Positions 26,729 to 37,247 of a DNA stretch of 64,000 bases are shown here, piece by piece. Under the pieces are notes generated by a model, which was given only the letters and a program-made list of their open reading frames with translations, did not search any database and had not been told where the DNA came from. The translations under genes and the position numbers were made by a program. This DNA comes from Oscillospiraceae bacterium (GTDB lineage Bacteria; Bacillota; Clostridia; Oscillospirales; CAG-272): contig QAKK01000038.1 of NCBI GenBank assembly GCA_003343845.1, positions 6,263 to 70,262 on the forward strand. The letters are read 5' to 3'. Position 1 is the first letter of the stretch; each line of letters starts with the position of its first letter.

Positions 26729-28891
26729 ATGGAGGATCTGCTGGACGGACTGAACGCGGCGCAGCGCGAGGCGGTCACGACGACCGAGGGCTTTGTCCGC
26801 GTGATTGCGGGCGCCGGCTCGGGCAAGACCCGCGCGCTCACCCGCCGCTTTGCCTATCTTGTAAACGAGCTCGGCATTCTGCCCGGACACATTCTCTGCG
26901 TCACCTTCACCAATAAGTCGGCGGGCGAGATGCGGCAGCGCATCCGCGCGCTGATCGGGGACAGCGACACCGGGTACATCAACACGTTCCACGGCTTCTG
27001 CGTGTCGGTTTTGCAGGAGGACAGCCATGCGGTCGGCTATCCGAAGAGCTTTCTCGTGCTGGACAATTCGGACATTGATGCAATGCTCGGCATCATCTAC
27101 GAGGAGCGCGGGCTGACCCTGCGGGATATGACCTTCAGCGACGCGCGGGACATGATCGAGATCCGCAAGCTGGTCAAGGCCCCCGACTATTACCTCGACG
27201 TGATCGAAAAGACGCCGGACGAGCTGCGCGCGCGTTACGAGGCGGCGGTGACCGCATCGGACATCATTTTCTACGGCTATCTTTATCAGGCGCGCAAATG
27301 CTTCGGCGTGGACTACAACGACCTCATCAAGTTTTCGCTGTACCTGTTCCGCACGCATGCCGATATCTGCCGCAAGTGGCAGGAGCGGCTGGAATACATC
27401 ATGATCGATGAGTTCCAGGACATTGACGCCCTGCAATACGAGCTGATGGAGGTGCTGTGCGGCTACCACAAGAACCTTTTCATCGTCGGCGACCCCGACC
27501 AGACCATTTACACCTGGCGCGGCGCGAATGTGAAGTACCTCACCGAGTTTGACCGCGTATTTCCGCAGGTGCACACGGTCATGATGATGCAGAACTATCG
27601 TTCCACGCCTGAGATCCTCGCGGCGGCGAACGCGCTGATCGCGAAGAATCACTTCCGCATCGAGAAGACGCTCGTGCCCATGCTGCCCTGCGGTGCGCCC
27701 GTGCTCTGTCACTTTGCCGTGTCGCAGACGGCGGAGGCGGAGTGGATCGCGGGCGAGATGCGGAAGCTCTGCGAGGCGGGCGTCCCCTATCGGGACATGA
27801 CCGTGCTCTACCGCGCGCACTATGTCAGCCGCGCGGTTGAGGAGGTGCTGCTCGCTGCGAAGATTCCGTACACGATCTACAGCGGCGTGCAGTTTTTCGA
27901 CCGCGCCGAGATCAAGGACGCGCTGTCCTATCTGCGCATGGTCGTCTACCGCGATGATCTCTCCTTCCGCCGCATCGCCAACACACCGCGGCGCAACCTC
28001 GGCAAGAGCCGCATGGCGCGGCTTGAAGCCTATGCGGCGGAGAAGCAATGCTCACTTTACACGGCGCTCTGCGACAACATCGATACGCCCGAGTTCAAGA
28101 CGACGAAAGGACGGCAGTTTATTGCCCTGGTCGAGTCCTTTGCCGCGGGGCAGGCGGAGCGCCCGATCTCCGAGGTGCTCTCCGAGCTGCTCGATCGCAG
28201 CGGCTATGAGACCATGCTGCGCACCGAAGGCAGCCAGGAGCGGCTGGACAACCTTGCCGAGCTGAAACAGTCGATCTACGAGTACGAGACCACCTGCGGC
28301 GAGGAAAGCACACTGGAAGCCTATCTTGCCCGCGTAGCGCTTATGACCAACACCGACACCGCCGAGCGCGGCGACCGTGTCAAGCTGATGACGGTGCACG
28401 CCGCAAAGGGGCTGGAGTTCCCCTATGTGTTCCTCTGCGGCATGAACGAGGGCGTCTTTCCCTCGCGCAAGGTACGCACACTGCCCGGTATGGAGGAGGA
28501 GCGCCGCCTTGCCTTTGTCGCGCTCACCCGCGCCGAGCGCGGGCTGTACCTTTCGGAGGCGGACGGGTGGAACTTTGACGGCAGCACGCGCTATCCCTCG
28601 CGCTTTTTGCTTGACATCGGCAGCGATGTGCTGACCTACACCAAGGAACCGCGCGCGGGACTGATCCGCGAGACCGAACGCGCCGTTGCCGCAAGCCTTG
28701 CACGGCTTTCGCCGCAGGAGCAGGCTGCGGCATTTGCCGTCGGTGACCGGGTGCGGCACGCGGTGTTCGGCGACGGTACGGTGCTGGCGGCGGACAGCGA
28801 TGAGAAGTGCTACACCATTCGCTTTGACGGCATGGAGACGCCGCGCGTCATCGCCTTCCGCGTGCGGCTTGTGCGCGCGGATGCGGATTGA
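26729..28891 (+). CDS. pcrA: UvrD/PcrA-type ATP-dependent DNA helicase
   Basis: MEDLLDGLNAAQREAVTTTEGFVRVIAGAGSGKTRALT..., motifs DEFQD and VHAAKGLEF. Start at 26729 after AGGGAGG. The symbol is tentative (UvrD/PcrA/Rep family). Confidence 0.85.
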   Translation: MEDLLDGLNAAQREAVTTTEGFVRVIAGAGSGKTRALTRRFAYLVNELGILPGHILCVTFTNKSAGEMRQRIRALIGDSDTGYINTFHGFCVSVLQEDSHAVGYPKSFLVLDNSDIDAMLGIIYEERGLTLRDMTFSDARDMIEIRKLVKAPDYYLDVIEKTPDELRARYEAAVTASDIIFYGYLYQARKCFGVDYNDLIKFSLYLFRTHADICRKWQERLEYIMIDEFQDIDALQYELMEVLCGYHKNLFIVGDPDQTIYTWRGANVKYLTEFDRVFPQVHTVMMMQNYRSTPEILAAANALIAKNHFRIEKTLVPMLPCGAPVLCHFAVSQTAEAEWIAGEMRKLCEAGVPYRDMTVLYRAHYVSRAVEEVLLAAKIPYTIYSGVQFFDRAEIKDALSYLRMVVYRDDLSFRRIANTPRRNLGKSRMARLEAYAAEKQCSLYTALCDNIDTPEFKTTKGRQFIALVESFAAGQAERPISEVLSELLDRSGYETMLRTEGSQERLDNLAELKQSIYEYETTCGEESTLEAYLARVALMTNTDTAERGDRVKLMTVHAAKGLEFPYVFLCGMNEGVFPSRKVRTLPGMEEERRLAFVALTRAERGLYLSEADGWNFDGSTRYPSRFLLDIGSDVLTYTKEPRAGLIRETERAVAASLARLSPQEQAAAFAVGDRVRHAVFGDGTVLAADSDEKCYTIRFDGMETPRVIAFRVRLVRADAD

Positions 28892-29024
28892 CTGCTTTGT
28901 GCAAAAAATAGATGCATATTTTACACAAACAGGTCGCAATTTTGTATTTACGGGTCCGGGATATTCCTGTATAATAGGCATAAACCGACTTTGTATTTTT
29001 GACCTTCAAAGGAGAATATGAAAC

Positions 29025-30737
29025 ATGATTCCACGCCCCGAATACCCGCGCCCGCAGTTTGCGCGCAAGGATTGGATCAACCTGAACGGCGAGTGGCAGT
29101 TTGAGATCGATGCCGGAAGAAGCGGCAAGGAGCGCAAGCTCTATGAAGCCGAGAAGCTCTCCGATGTCATCAACGTCCCGTTCTGCCCCGAGAGCCGCCT
29201 TTCCGGGCTGGCGCATACCGACTTCATGGAGTGCGTGTGGTATATGCGCACCGTGGAGCTGCCCGCCGACTGGACGGCTGCCGGGCGCCGCACGATCCTC
29301 AACATCGGCGCCTGTGACTACGAGACCGAGGTCTTCGTCAACGGCAAATATATCGACCGCCACATCGGCGGCTATGTGTCCTTCGCGATGGACATCACGT
29401 CTGCGCTGACGGCGGGGGCAAACAAGATCGTCATCTGTGCCACCGACCTTTTGCGCAGTCAGAACCAGCCGGGCGGCAAGCAGTGCCGCAAGTTCCATTC
29501 GATCGGCTGCTCCTACACCCGCACCACCGGCATCTGGCAGACCGTATGGCTGGAGAACATGCCGGACGCCTACATCCGCCGCATCAAGTGCCGCCCCTCC
29601 GTGGAGAACCGGAGCGTCTTTGTCGAGGCGGTTTGTGAGAACGCGGATGGCAGGACCCTGCGCGCCGCGGCAAAATTCGGCGGCAAGGTCGTCGGCACTG
29701 CCGAAACGCGCGTCAGCGGCAAGAGCGCGACGCTCGAGGTGAAGCTCGACGAGCTGCATCTCTGGAACGTCGGCGACGGCAAGCTCTATGATCTCGACTT
29801 TGAACTTGAAGGCGGCGATTTTGTGCATTCCTATTTCGGCATGCGCAAGGTCGAGTGGAAGAACAACCGCACCTATATCAACGGCAAGGTGGTCTATCAG
29901 CGTCTGATCCTCGACCAGGGCTTCTATCCGGACGGCATTTACACTGCGCCCACCGAGGACGAACTGATCGCGGACATCAAACGCTCGATGGACATGGGCT
30001 TCAACGGTGCGCGTCTGCATCAGAAGGTTTTCGAGCCGCTGTTCCTCTACCACTGCGACCGCCTCGGCTACATCGTGTGGGGCGAGCATGCCAACTGGGG
30101 GCTGAACATCGCGCGCCCCGAGGCATGGCGCGGCTTCCTGCCCGAGTGGCGCGAGGTGCTGGAGCGCGATTACAATCACCCTGCTATCATCGGCTGGTGC
30201 CCGCTCAATGAGACGCAGAAGGATCAGGACCGCGATCTCATCCGCGAGCTTGCGGACATGACCCGCTCCTTTGACCCCGACCGCATCTACATCGACGCCT
30301 CCGGCTGGACGCATCAGGATGCCGTGTCTGACATCTTCGATGTGCATGACTACGATCAGAATCCCGAGACCTTCCGCGCCCGCTATCTGCCGCTGGAGCA
30401 GGGCGAGACGATCACGGTCTTCAACCTCGGCAAGCATGTCGGAAGACCCCCGTTTGTCAGCGAGTTCGGCGGTATCTGGTGGAATCCCGCGCATCCCGAG
30501 GGCGGCTGGGGCTACGGCAACCGCCCGCAGAGCGAGGAAGAGTTCATTGCACGCTATCGCGGTCTGGTCACGGCGCTGCTCGAGAACCGCGCCATCAGCG
30601 CGTTCTGCTATACGCAGCTGACTGACGTGGAGCAGGAGGTCAACGGGCTTTACACCTACGACCGCCATCCAAAGTTCCCGCCCGAGGTAATCCGCGCGAT
30701 CAATACACAGGTCGCCGCTGTCGAAAAGGAACAGTAA
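29025..30737 (+). CDS. glycoside hydrolase family 2-like protein
   Basis: 570 aa with the typical N-terminus MIPRPEYPRPQFARKDWINLNGEWQFE, a sugar-binding domain (VNGKYIDRHIGGYVSF) and a TIM-barrel part (NHPAIIGWCPLNE). Confidence 0.75.
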   Translation: MIPRPEYPRPQFARKDWINLNGEWQFEIDAGRSGKERKLYEAEKLSDVINVPFCPESRLSGLAHTDFMECVWYMRTVELPADWTAAGRRTILNIGACDYETEVFVNGKYIDRHIGGYVSFAMDITSALTAGANKIVICATDLLRSQNQPGGKQCRKFHSIGCSYTRTTGIWQTVWLENMPDAYIRRIKCRPSVENRSVFVEAVCENADGRTLRAAAKFGGKVVGTAETRVSGKSATLEVKLDELHLWNVGDGKLYDLDFELEGGDFVHSYFGMRKVEWKNNRTYINGKVVYQRLILDQGFYPDGIYTAPTEDELIADIKRSMDMGFNGARLHQKVFEPLFLYHCDRLGYIVWGEHANWGLNIARPEAWRGFLPEWREVLERDYNHPAIIGWCPLNETQKDQDRDLIRELADMTRSFDPDRIYIDASGWTHQDAVSDIFDVHDYDQNPETFRARYLPLEQGETITVFNLGKHVGRPPFVSEFGGIWWNPAHPEGGWGYGNRPQSEEEFIARYRGLVTALLENRAISAFCYTQLTDVEQEVNGLYTYDRHPKFPPEVIRAINTQVAAVEKEQ

Positions 30738-30749
30738 CTTTGTATAACA

Positions 30750-30780
30750 AAAAGCGACTTCCCGTCGGGAAGTCGCTTTT
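30750..30780. terminator. bidirectional hairpin terminator (GH2 / ispG)
   Basis: AAAAGCGACTTCCC-GTC-GGGAAGTCGCTTTT. Confidence 0.75.
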
Positions 30781-30787
30781 TTATGTG

Positions 30788-31870
30788 TCAGAGCTTTTGG
30801 ATTTCTTCAATCAGGCGGGGGATGATCTCGTCCTCGCCGAGCTTGCCGACGATCTCGCCGCGGCGGATGAGCACCGCCTCGCCTTTGCCGCCCGCAATGC
30901 CGATGTCCGCCTCGCGCGCCTCGCCCGGACCGTTGACCACGCAGCCCATCAGGGCAACCGTGATCGGCTTATCCAGGATGCCCGCCGCGGCTGCCGCCTC
31001 CTCAAAGGCGTGCGAAAGCGCGATCAGGTCGATTTTTGTTCTGCCGCAGGTGGGGCAGGAAACGATGTTCAGCCGCTTTTTCGTATCAAAGCCGAGGGCA
31101 AACAGGATGTCGTGCGCGGCGGCGACTTCCTCCACCGGGTTTTCGGTGAGCGAAACGCGCACCGTGTCGCCGATGCCGCGGAGCAGGGTGCCGCCGATGC
31201 CGACCGCGCCCTTGATCAGCCCCATTCTGCCGCCGCCCGCCTCGGTCACGCCGATGTGCAGCGGGTAATCGGTCTTTTCGGCAAGGATGGCGTTTGCCGC
31301 CGCCATGGCGGCGACGTCCGAGGACTTGACCGAGAGCACAATGTCGTCAAAATCAAAGCGTTCGAGCAGTGAGGCGTGGTAGAGCGCGCTTTCGGCGAGC
31401 GCTTCCGCAGTCGGCGCGCCGTATTTTGCGAGAATTTCTTTCTCCAGCGAGCCGCCGTTGACGCCGATGCGGATCGGCACATGATGTGTGCGGCAGGCAT
31501 CGGCAACCGCCTTCACGCGGTTTTCATCGCCGATGTTGCCGGGGTTGATGCGGATCTTGTCAACGCCCGCGTCCACGCAGGCAAGCGCCACGCGATAGTC
31601 AAAGTGAATGTCCGCGACGAGCGGCACAGTGATGCCCGCCTCCTTGACGGCGGCAAAGGTCTTCGCCGCCTCGACGGTGGGTGCGGTGATGCGCACGATG
31701 TCACAGCCCGCGTCGGCGAGCGCGCGCACCTGCGCGGTCGTCGCCGCGATGTCGAGCGTGTCGGTATTGGTCATCGACTGCACGGCGATCGGATTTTGCC
31801 CGCCGATCGTCACGCCGCCGATGCGGATCTCGCGCGCCGCGCGGCGGATTGCATTGTATTTTTCCAGCAT
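30788..31870 (-). CDS. ispG: 4-hydroxy-3-methylbut-2-en-1-yl diphosphate synthase (flavodoxin)
   Basis: 360 aa ...IGGQNPIAVQSMTNTDT... with the C-terminal Fe-S motif SCPTCGRT. Confidence 0.95.
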   Translation of the reverse strand: MLEKYNAIRRAAREIRIGGVTIGGQNPIAVQSMTNTDTLDIAATTAQVRALADAGCDIVRITAPTVEAAKTFAAVKEAGITVPLVADIHFDYRVALACVDAGVDKIRINPGNIGDENRVKAVADACRTHHVPIRIGVNGGSLEKEILAKYGAPTAEALAESALYHASLLERFDFDDIVLSVKSSDVAAMAAANAILAEKTDYPLHIGVTEAGGGRMGLIKGAVGIGGTLLRGIGDTVRVSLTENPVEEVAAAHDILFALGFDTKKRLNIVSCPTCGRTKIDLIALSHAFEEAAAAAGILDKPITVALMGCVVNGPGEAREADIGIAGGKGEAVLIRRGEIVGKLGEDEIIPRLIEEIQKL

Positions 31871-32907
31871 CAGAAGCCGCCTCCGAACAATTTTGCAATA
31901 TCCTTGAAGGTCACCAGCACCATCAGCCCGAGCAGAAGCACGATGCCGACGAAGTGCACCGCCGCCTCGTACTTGGCGGGCACTTTTTTCCGGAAGATCA
32001 TTTCAAAGAGGATGAACACCAGTCTGCCGCCGTCCAGCGCCGGCAGGGGCAGGAGATTGACCACGCCGAGGTTCATCGAGAGTACGCAGAGCAGATAGGC
32101 AAACGAGCCGCCGCCGCTCTTGGCGGCGTCGCCGAGCGCCACGGTCACGCCGACAGGTCCCGAGACCGCGTCCATGCTGACCCTGCCGAAGATCATGTCG
32201 ATCAGCGAATCCCAGATCATCTTGACCGTGGAAAAGCTGCGGACAAAGGTGTGCTTTAAGAGGTTGCCGACGTTTTTCGCCTCGGCATACGGCACAAAAT
32301 CCACCGCGCCGAACAGCATGCCGGACGAGGTCTGCGTGGGGAAGGTCACGTCGTGCAGCACGAGCTTCTGCCCATCGCGGATGACCTCCACGTCGATGGG
32401 CTCATACCCCGCGTGCATGATCTCGTAGGCGACATCGTAGTAGACGCGCGTGCGCGTGCCGTCCACACGGACGATGCGGTCGCCGACCGCAAGCTCTGCC
32501 GAGCTTGTCGCGCCGTCGCGGAACTGCGCCACGACGTTGGATGCCAGCGCTTCCTGCGACAGCACGATCCCGAACATCAGCACAAAGGCAAGCAGGACGT
32601 TCATAAGCCCGCCTGCCGCCACGATGAGAAACTTCTGCCACGGGCGTTTCTCGGCAAAGGAATCCGCGCCGTCCGCCTCCTCGTCCTCGCCCTTCATGCT
32701 GACAAAGCCGCCGAAGGGCAGGGCGCGCAGATTGAACGCCGTGCCGCGCTTGTCGGTGACGCCGCACAGGCGCGGACCCATGCCGATGGAAAACTCCTCG
32801 ATCTTGACGCCGCAGGCGCGCGCCGTGAGGAAATGCCCCAGTTCGTGGAGCAGGATCATCAGTCCGAACGCGAAAACCGCGATCAGAATATACAGAATGG
32901 TGGTCAT
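31870..32907 (-). CDS. rseP: RIP site-2 metalloprotease RseP/RasP
   Basis: HELGHF zinc motif in TM1, a central PDZ domain, and LLPLPALDGG near the C-terminus. Confidence 0.9.
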   Translation of the reverse strand: MTTILYILIAVFAFGLMILLHELGHFLTARACGVKIEEFSIGMGPRLCGVTDKRGTAFNLRALPFGGFVSMKGEDEEADGADSFAEKRPWQKFLIVAAGGLMNVLLAFVLMFGIVLSQEALASNVVAQFRDGATSSAELAVGDRIVRVDGTRTRVYYDVAYEIMHAGYEPIDVEVIRDGQKLVLHDVTFPTQTSSGMLFGAVDFVPYAEAKNVGNLLKHTFVRSFSTVKMIWDSLIDMIFGRVSMDAVSGPVGVTVALGDAAKSGGGSFAYLLCVLSMNLGVVNLLPLPALDGGRLVFILFEMIFRKKVPAKYEAAVHFVGIVLLLGLMVLVTFKDIAKLFGGGF

Positions 32908-34070
32908 TGAACTCCTTTTGCGGCGAGAACGCGCGCCCGCGCGTCTCTGTCCGCGGAAAATACATCTTCAACCGTAAAATCGGGTTTGTTTGTAAAGCCG
33001 TCCATCGCGGCGGCGACCCGCTCTGCAATCTCACAGAATCGAATCTTTCCGTCGAGGAACAGCGAGACTGCCGCCTCATTGGCGGCGCTGAGCACGGCGG
33101 GCATCAGTCCGCCCTCGCCGATCGCGCGATAGGCAAGCGCCAGCAGCGGGAAGGTCTCGGTGTCGGGATGCTTAAAGGTGAGCGTGCCGACCGAGAAGAG
33201 GTCGAGCGGTTCAATGACTGCAGGCAGACGCGCAGGGTAAGTCAGCGCATACTGCACGCACTCCCGCATGTCGGGATGGCTCAGCTCGGCGATGACGGCG
33301 TTATCAATATATTCCACAGCGCTGTGGATTATACTCTCGCGGTGTACGACGACCGTGACCTGCGCAGGGCTGACGCCGAAAAGGCGTACCGCCTCGATGA
33401 CTTCAAGTCCCTTGTTCATCAGGGACGCACTGTCCACCGTGATCTTCGCGCCCATCTTCCAGGTCGGGTGCTTCAGCGCGTCGGCAAGCGTCACATCGGC
33501 AAGCTGTTCTTTTGTATAGCCGAAGAACGGACCGCCCGACGCGGTGAGCAGCAGACGCTTGACCTCGCCGTGCGTGCCGCAGTGCAGGCACTGGAAGATC
33601 GCGCTGTGCTCGCTGTCCACGGGAATCAGCTCGGCGCCGCCCGCTTTCACCGCCGCGTCCACGAGATTGCCCGCAGCGACGATCGACTCCTTGTTTGCTG
33701 TGGCGATGCGCATGCCGCGCGATGCGGCGGCAAGCGTCGGCGCAAGCCCGGCAAGCCCGAGGATCGAGTTGACTGCCGTTTTCGCATCGGTCTCGTCGAT
33801 CACGCGGAGGATGCCGTCTGCCCCCGCGTAGACCTTCGTGCGCATATCGCGCACGCGCGCGGCAAGATCACGCGCCGCGTCGGCATCCGCCATGGCGCAG
33901 ACGCGCGGCTTGAAGCGGCGGATCTGCTTTTCCAGCTCCGCTGTGTTTTTGCCGCCGGTGAGCGCGTCCACGCGCACGCCGAAGCGATGGCAGACGTCGA
34001 GCGTCTGCCTGCCGACCGAGCCGGTGGAGCCGAGCACCGCGACCGGCGGAATCGTGTATTCTTCGTTCAT
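32904..34070 (-). CDS. dxr: 1-deoxy-D-xylulose 5-phosphate reductoisomerase
   Basis: Begins MNEEYTIPPVAVLGSTGSVGRQTLDV and contains the later motifs IPVDSEHSAIFQCL and NKGLEVIEA. Start trimmed to 34070. Confidence 0.95.
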   Translation of the reverse strand: MNEEYTIPPVAVLGSTGSVGRQTLDVCHRFGVRVDALTGGKNTAELEKQIRRFKPRVCAMADADAARDLAARVRDMRTKVYAGADGILRVIDETDAKTAVNSILGLAGLAPTLAAASRGMRIATANKESIVAAGNLVDAAVKAGGAELIPVDSEHSAIFQCLHCGTHGEVKRLLLTASGGPFFGYTKEQLADVTLADALKHPTWKMGAKITVDSASLMNKGLEVIEAVRLFGVSPAQVTVVVHRESIIHSAVEYIDNAVIAELSHPDMRECVQYALTYPARLPAVIEPLDLFSVGTLTFKHPDTETFPLLALAYRAIGEGGLMPAVLSAANEAAVSLFLDGKIRFCEIAERVAAAMDGFTNKPDFTVEDVFSADRDARARVLAAKGVQ

Positions 34071-34086
34071 GAAATGCCTCGTTTGC

Positions 34087-34914
34087 TTAACGGAAAATTG
34101 CAAAGATCTGCGGATCGGACAGCAGGATGTACATGATGGGGGCAATCGCGATCACGCTGTCAAAACGGTCGAGTACGCCGCCGTGCCCTGGAAACAGCTT
34201 GCCGTAGTCCTTGATGCCGCTGTTCCGCTTGAAGTAGGAGGCAATCAGGTCGCCGAGCTGCGAAATAACCGAGAGGAGCGCGCCGCAGACAAAGAGCGAC
34301 AGCACATGCGGACGCGCGACCTTGTAGAGGTTGGCGTACAGCACGCCGCAGCCGACAAAGAGCGCCGCTGCAAGCAGGGTGCCGCCGATCGCGCCCTCGA
34401 CCGTCTTTTTGGGACTGACGGCGGGGATCAGCTTGTGCTTGCCGAAAAAGTAGCCGGAGAAATAGGCAAAGATGTCCGTGCCGAACGCCGTGACGACGAT
34501 CATGATGAGCAGAAACAGCCCGTGTTCAAGGTCGCGCGCGGCGAGCAGGCAGGCAAAGCCGCTCGAAATGTACAGCGTGCCGACCACTGCCTTGGCAACC
34601 TTTGAAAAATCGGACTTTTCACTCGTGAGCATCGCGTGCGCCAGCATGTAGAACGTGTATACATAGGCAACGCCGAAGAAGAACATCCAGTGCCCGTTCA
34701 GATACCGCGCCATCAGCGGCGCGGCGGCAGCCATGAGGTAGCTCGGGATCGCAAAGCCCAAGGCTTTCTCGATGCTGATGCAGCGCAGGTATTCAAACAC
34801 GCCGATCAGCGCCAGCAGCACGATCGCCGCCGAGAGCACAGGCGTGTCCGACCAGATGAGCAGCGGAATGGCAACGGCGACCATGCAGGCGCCGGTGATG
34901 ATTCTTGTCTTCAT
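34087..34914 (-). CDS. cdsA: phosphatidate cytidylyltransferase
   Basis: Multi-TM protein with the C-terminal signature SYFKRNSGIKDYGKLFPGHGGVLDRFDS. Start trimmed to 34914 (MKTRIITGA). Confidence 0.9.
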   Translation of the reverse strand: MKTRIITGACMVAVAIPLLIWSDTPVLSAAIVLLALIGVFEYLRCISIEKALGFAIPSYLMAAAAPLMARYLNGHWMFFFGVAYVYTFYMLAHAMLTSEKSDFSKVAKAVVGTLYISSGFACLLAARDLEHGLFLLIMIVVTAFGTDIFAYFSGYFFGKHKLIPAVSPKKTVEGAIGGTLLAAALFVGCGVLYANLYKVARPHVLSLFVCGALLSVISQLGDLIASYFKRNSGIKDYGKLFPGHGGVLDRFDSVIAIAPIMYILLSDPQIFAIFR

Positions 34915-34915
34915 A

Positions 34916-35641
34916 TCATACCCCTCCGTAGCGGCGTTTCCGCTTGTAAAAATCCGCGACAATGCGGTCGATCTCATGCGGCGTCAGATCCGGCCAGAGC
35001 GTGTCCGTGAAGTACAGCTCGGCATACGCCGCCTGCCAGAGGAGAAAGTTTGACAGGCGGATGTCGCCGCCCGTGCGCACGATCAGATCCGGGTCGGGGC
35101 AGTGCGCCGTGTAGATCGCACCCGAGATGTCGTCCTCGGTCACATGCGTCTTTCCCGCCGCGATCAGCGTGTTTGCGGCATGCGCGATCTCGGCGCGTCC
35201 GCCGTAGTTCAGCGCAATGTTGAGCAACAGATCCTTGTCGCGCGAGATGCGCTCGACGTTTTCGATCTTCGCCTGCAACTCCGGCGGGAAGATGGACATG
35301 TCGCCGAGAAAAACAAGATGGATGTTGTTCTCGTCCATCGAGGCGACCGCGTCGTCAATATAGTCCGACAGCAGACCGAGGATGGCATCCACCTCATGCT
35401 TGGGGCGCTTCCAGTTCTCGGTGGAGAACGCATAGACCGTGATCATTTTCACGCCGATGTCGCCACAGTAGCGGATGATCTTCTTGAAGGTCTTCGCGCC
35501 GTTCACATGCCCGTACTCGCGCGGCATGGAGCGCTTTTTCGCCCATCTGCCGTTGCCGTCCATGATGAACGCGATATGCGTGAGCCGCTCGTCCACTTTC
35601 GTGTGCGCTTTGGCGGGCTTGTCTTTGCCGAATAAAAGCAT
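34916..35641 (-). CDS. uppS: isoprenyl transferase (undecaprenyl diphosphate synthase)
   Basis: HIAFIMDGNGRWAK, FSTENWKRP and RTGGDIRLSNFLLWQAAYAE motifs. Confidence 0.95.
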   Translation of the reverse strand: MLLFGKDKPAKAHTKVDERLTHIAFIMDGNGRWAKKRSMPREYGHVNGAKTFKKIIRYCGDIGVKMITVYAFSTENWKRPKHEVDAILGLLSDYIDDAVASMDENNIHLVFLGDMSIFPPELQAKIENVERISRDKDLLLNIALNYGGRAEIAHAANTLIAAGKTHVTEDDISGAIYTAHCPDPDLIVRTGGDIRLSNFLLWQAAYAELYFTDTLWPDLTPHEIDRIVADFYKRKRRYGGV

Positions 35642-35706
35642 CGTCTGTCCTCGCTTTATCAAAAATGCCATAAACTACAAAAAGGGCTGCCGGATTCAGA
35701 TACAGA

Positions 35707-35765
35707 TTCGCCGAACATCCGTCCGTGAGGCGTATATACATACGTCGAGGACGGATTTCGGCGAA
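35707..35765 (-). other. long imperfect hairpin in the frr-uppS spacer
   Basis: 17-bp arms TTCGCCGAACATCCGTCC / GGACGGATTTCGGCGAA (one bulge) around a 24-nt loop. Function unknown. Confidence 0.35.
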
Positions 35766-35774
35766 AGAAATCGA

Positions 35775-35809
35775 AAAATAAACAGAATGGAAAACCGCGC
35801 AGCGGTTTC
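35775..35809 (-). terminator. rho-independent terminator after frr
   Basis: Minus strand: GAAACCGC-TGC-GCGGTTT followed by a U-rich tract. Confidence 0.55.
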
Positions 35810-35892
35810 ACCGAAAACAGGCAAGCTGCGCGATGCAGTCACTCCTGTTCCCCCTTTTCGATTTCGCTCTGCGCTGAATAGGGCAGTCCGGC

Positions 35893-36447
35893 TTAAATTG
35901 CCATAATCTCTTTGTCTTTTTCTGCGGAAATTACGTCAACCTCTTTGATAAACTTGTCGGTGAGATCCTGCACCAGCTTGTCGCTTGCCTTGACCTCATC
36001 CTCGGTCATGTCGCCGTCCTTCTTTATCGCCTTGGTCTTGTCGTTTGCCTCGCGGCGGACGTTGCGGATGGCAACCTTCGCTTCCTCGCAGAGCTTTGCA
36101 ACCTGCTTGGTCAGCTCTTTTCTGCGCTCCTCGGTCGGCTGCGGGAAGGCAAGGCGGATGACCTTACCGTCGTTTTGCGGCGTCAGCCCGATGTCGGAGG
36201 CGAGGATCGCCTTCTCGATGTTCTTCAGCGTCGATGCATCCCAGGGGGAGATCACCAGCGTGCGGGGATCGGGCACCTGAATGGCAGCCATTTGCGTGAT
36301 CGGCGTGGGCGTGCCGTAATAGTCAACCGTGACACGTGCGAGCACCTCGGGGTTTGCCTTGCCGGCACGAACCGTGTTGAGGTTCTGGTGCAGCGATTCG
36401 ATCGACTTTTTCATCTTGTGTTCAAATTCTTTGGTATCAAGTTTCAT
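35893..36447 (-). CDS. frr: ribosome recycling factor
   Basis: 184 aa MKLDTKEFEHKMKKSIESLHQNLNTVRAGKANPEVL... Confidence 0.95.
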   Translation of the reverse strand: MKLDTKEFEHKMKKSIESLHQNLNTVRAGKANPEVLARVTVDYYGTPTPITQMAAIQVPDPRTLVISPWDASTLKNIEKAILASDIGLTPQNDGKVIRLAFPQPTEERRKELTKQVAKLCEEAKVAIRNVRREANDKTKAIKKDGDMTEDEVKASDKLVQDLTDKFIKEVDVISAEKDKEIMAI

Positions 36448-36468
36448 TGCGGTAAATCCTTTCTGAAT

Positions 36469-37176
36469 TTATTTTACGATCGTACCGATCTCTTCGCCCG
36501 TGACGGCACGATAGATGTTCTCGGGGTTGTCCAGACCGAAGACAAGAATCGGAATGTGGTTGTCCATGCAGAAGGAGGTCGCCGTGGAGTCCATGGCGGC
36601 AAGTCCGCGGGACAGAATCTCCTGGTATGTAATCGCGTCGATCTTGGTTGCCGTTTTGTCCACGCGCGGGTCCGCGGTGTACACGCCGTCGATGTTCTTG
36701 GCGAGCAGCACGACGTCCGCATTGATTTCAGCCGCACGCAGCACGGCGGCGGTGTCGGTCGAGAAATACGGCGAACCGAGCCCGCAGCCGAAGATCACGA
36801 CGCGACCCTTTTCCAGATGGCGGACGGCACGCGCACGGATGTACGGCTCTGCCATGGCGCGCATTTCGATGGCAGTCATCACGCGGGTGGTGATGCCGGC
36901 GCGCTCAAAGGCGTCCTGCAGCGCCAGCGCGTTGATCGCGGTGGCAAGCATGCCCATGTGGTCGGCGCGCACGCGATCCATGTTCACGCCCTGTCTGCCG
37001 CGCCAGATGTTGCCCGCGCCGACGATGACGCCGACCTCGACGCCTGCCTCGACGCATTTTTTGATGACTTTTGCAATTTCGTCAATGAACGCATGGTTGT
37101 AAATTCCCTCTGCGTCGCGCGCCAGTGCCTCGCCTGAGAGCTTGAGCAGAACGCGCTTATATTTGATTTCTGCCAT
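36469..37176 (-). CDS. pyrH: UMP kinase
   Basis: [19 protein letters not shown]...VGAGNIWRG... Confidence 0.95.
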   Translation of the reverse strand: MAEIKYKRVLLKLSGEALARDAEGIYNHAFIDEIAKVIKKCVEAGVEVGVIVGAGNIWRGRQGVNMDRVRADHMGMLATAINALALQDAFERAGITTRVMTAIEMRAMAEPYIRARAVRHLEKGRVVIFGCGLGSPYFSTDTAAVLRAAEINADVVLLAKNIDGVYTADPRVDKTATKIDAITYQEILSRGLAAMDSTATSFCMDNHIPILVFGLDNPENIYRAVTGEEIGTIVK

Positions 37177-37218
37177 GACCGATATCCTTTCCGATGGATC
37201 AACATTTTTATCATATCT

Positions 37219-37247
37219 ATTTTATACGATATGCGGCGATTTGTAAA
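37219..37247 (-). promoter_or_regulatory. candidate sigma-A promoter for pyrH
   Basis: Minus strand: TTTACA, 17 nt, TAAAAT. Confidence 0.45.

Noticed and set aside
26318-26916. ORFs 26318-26539, 26500-26916 and 26508-26753 around the panE-like remnant.
   Set aside because: They are alternative frames of a decayed gene and of the pcrA leader. They run across a strong terminator (26598-26632) and the pcrA promoter.
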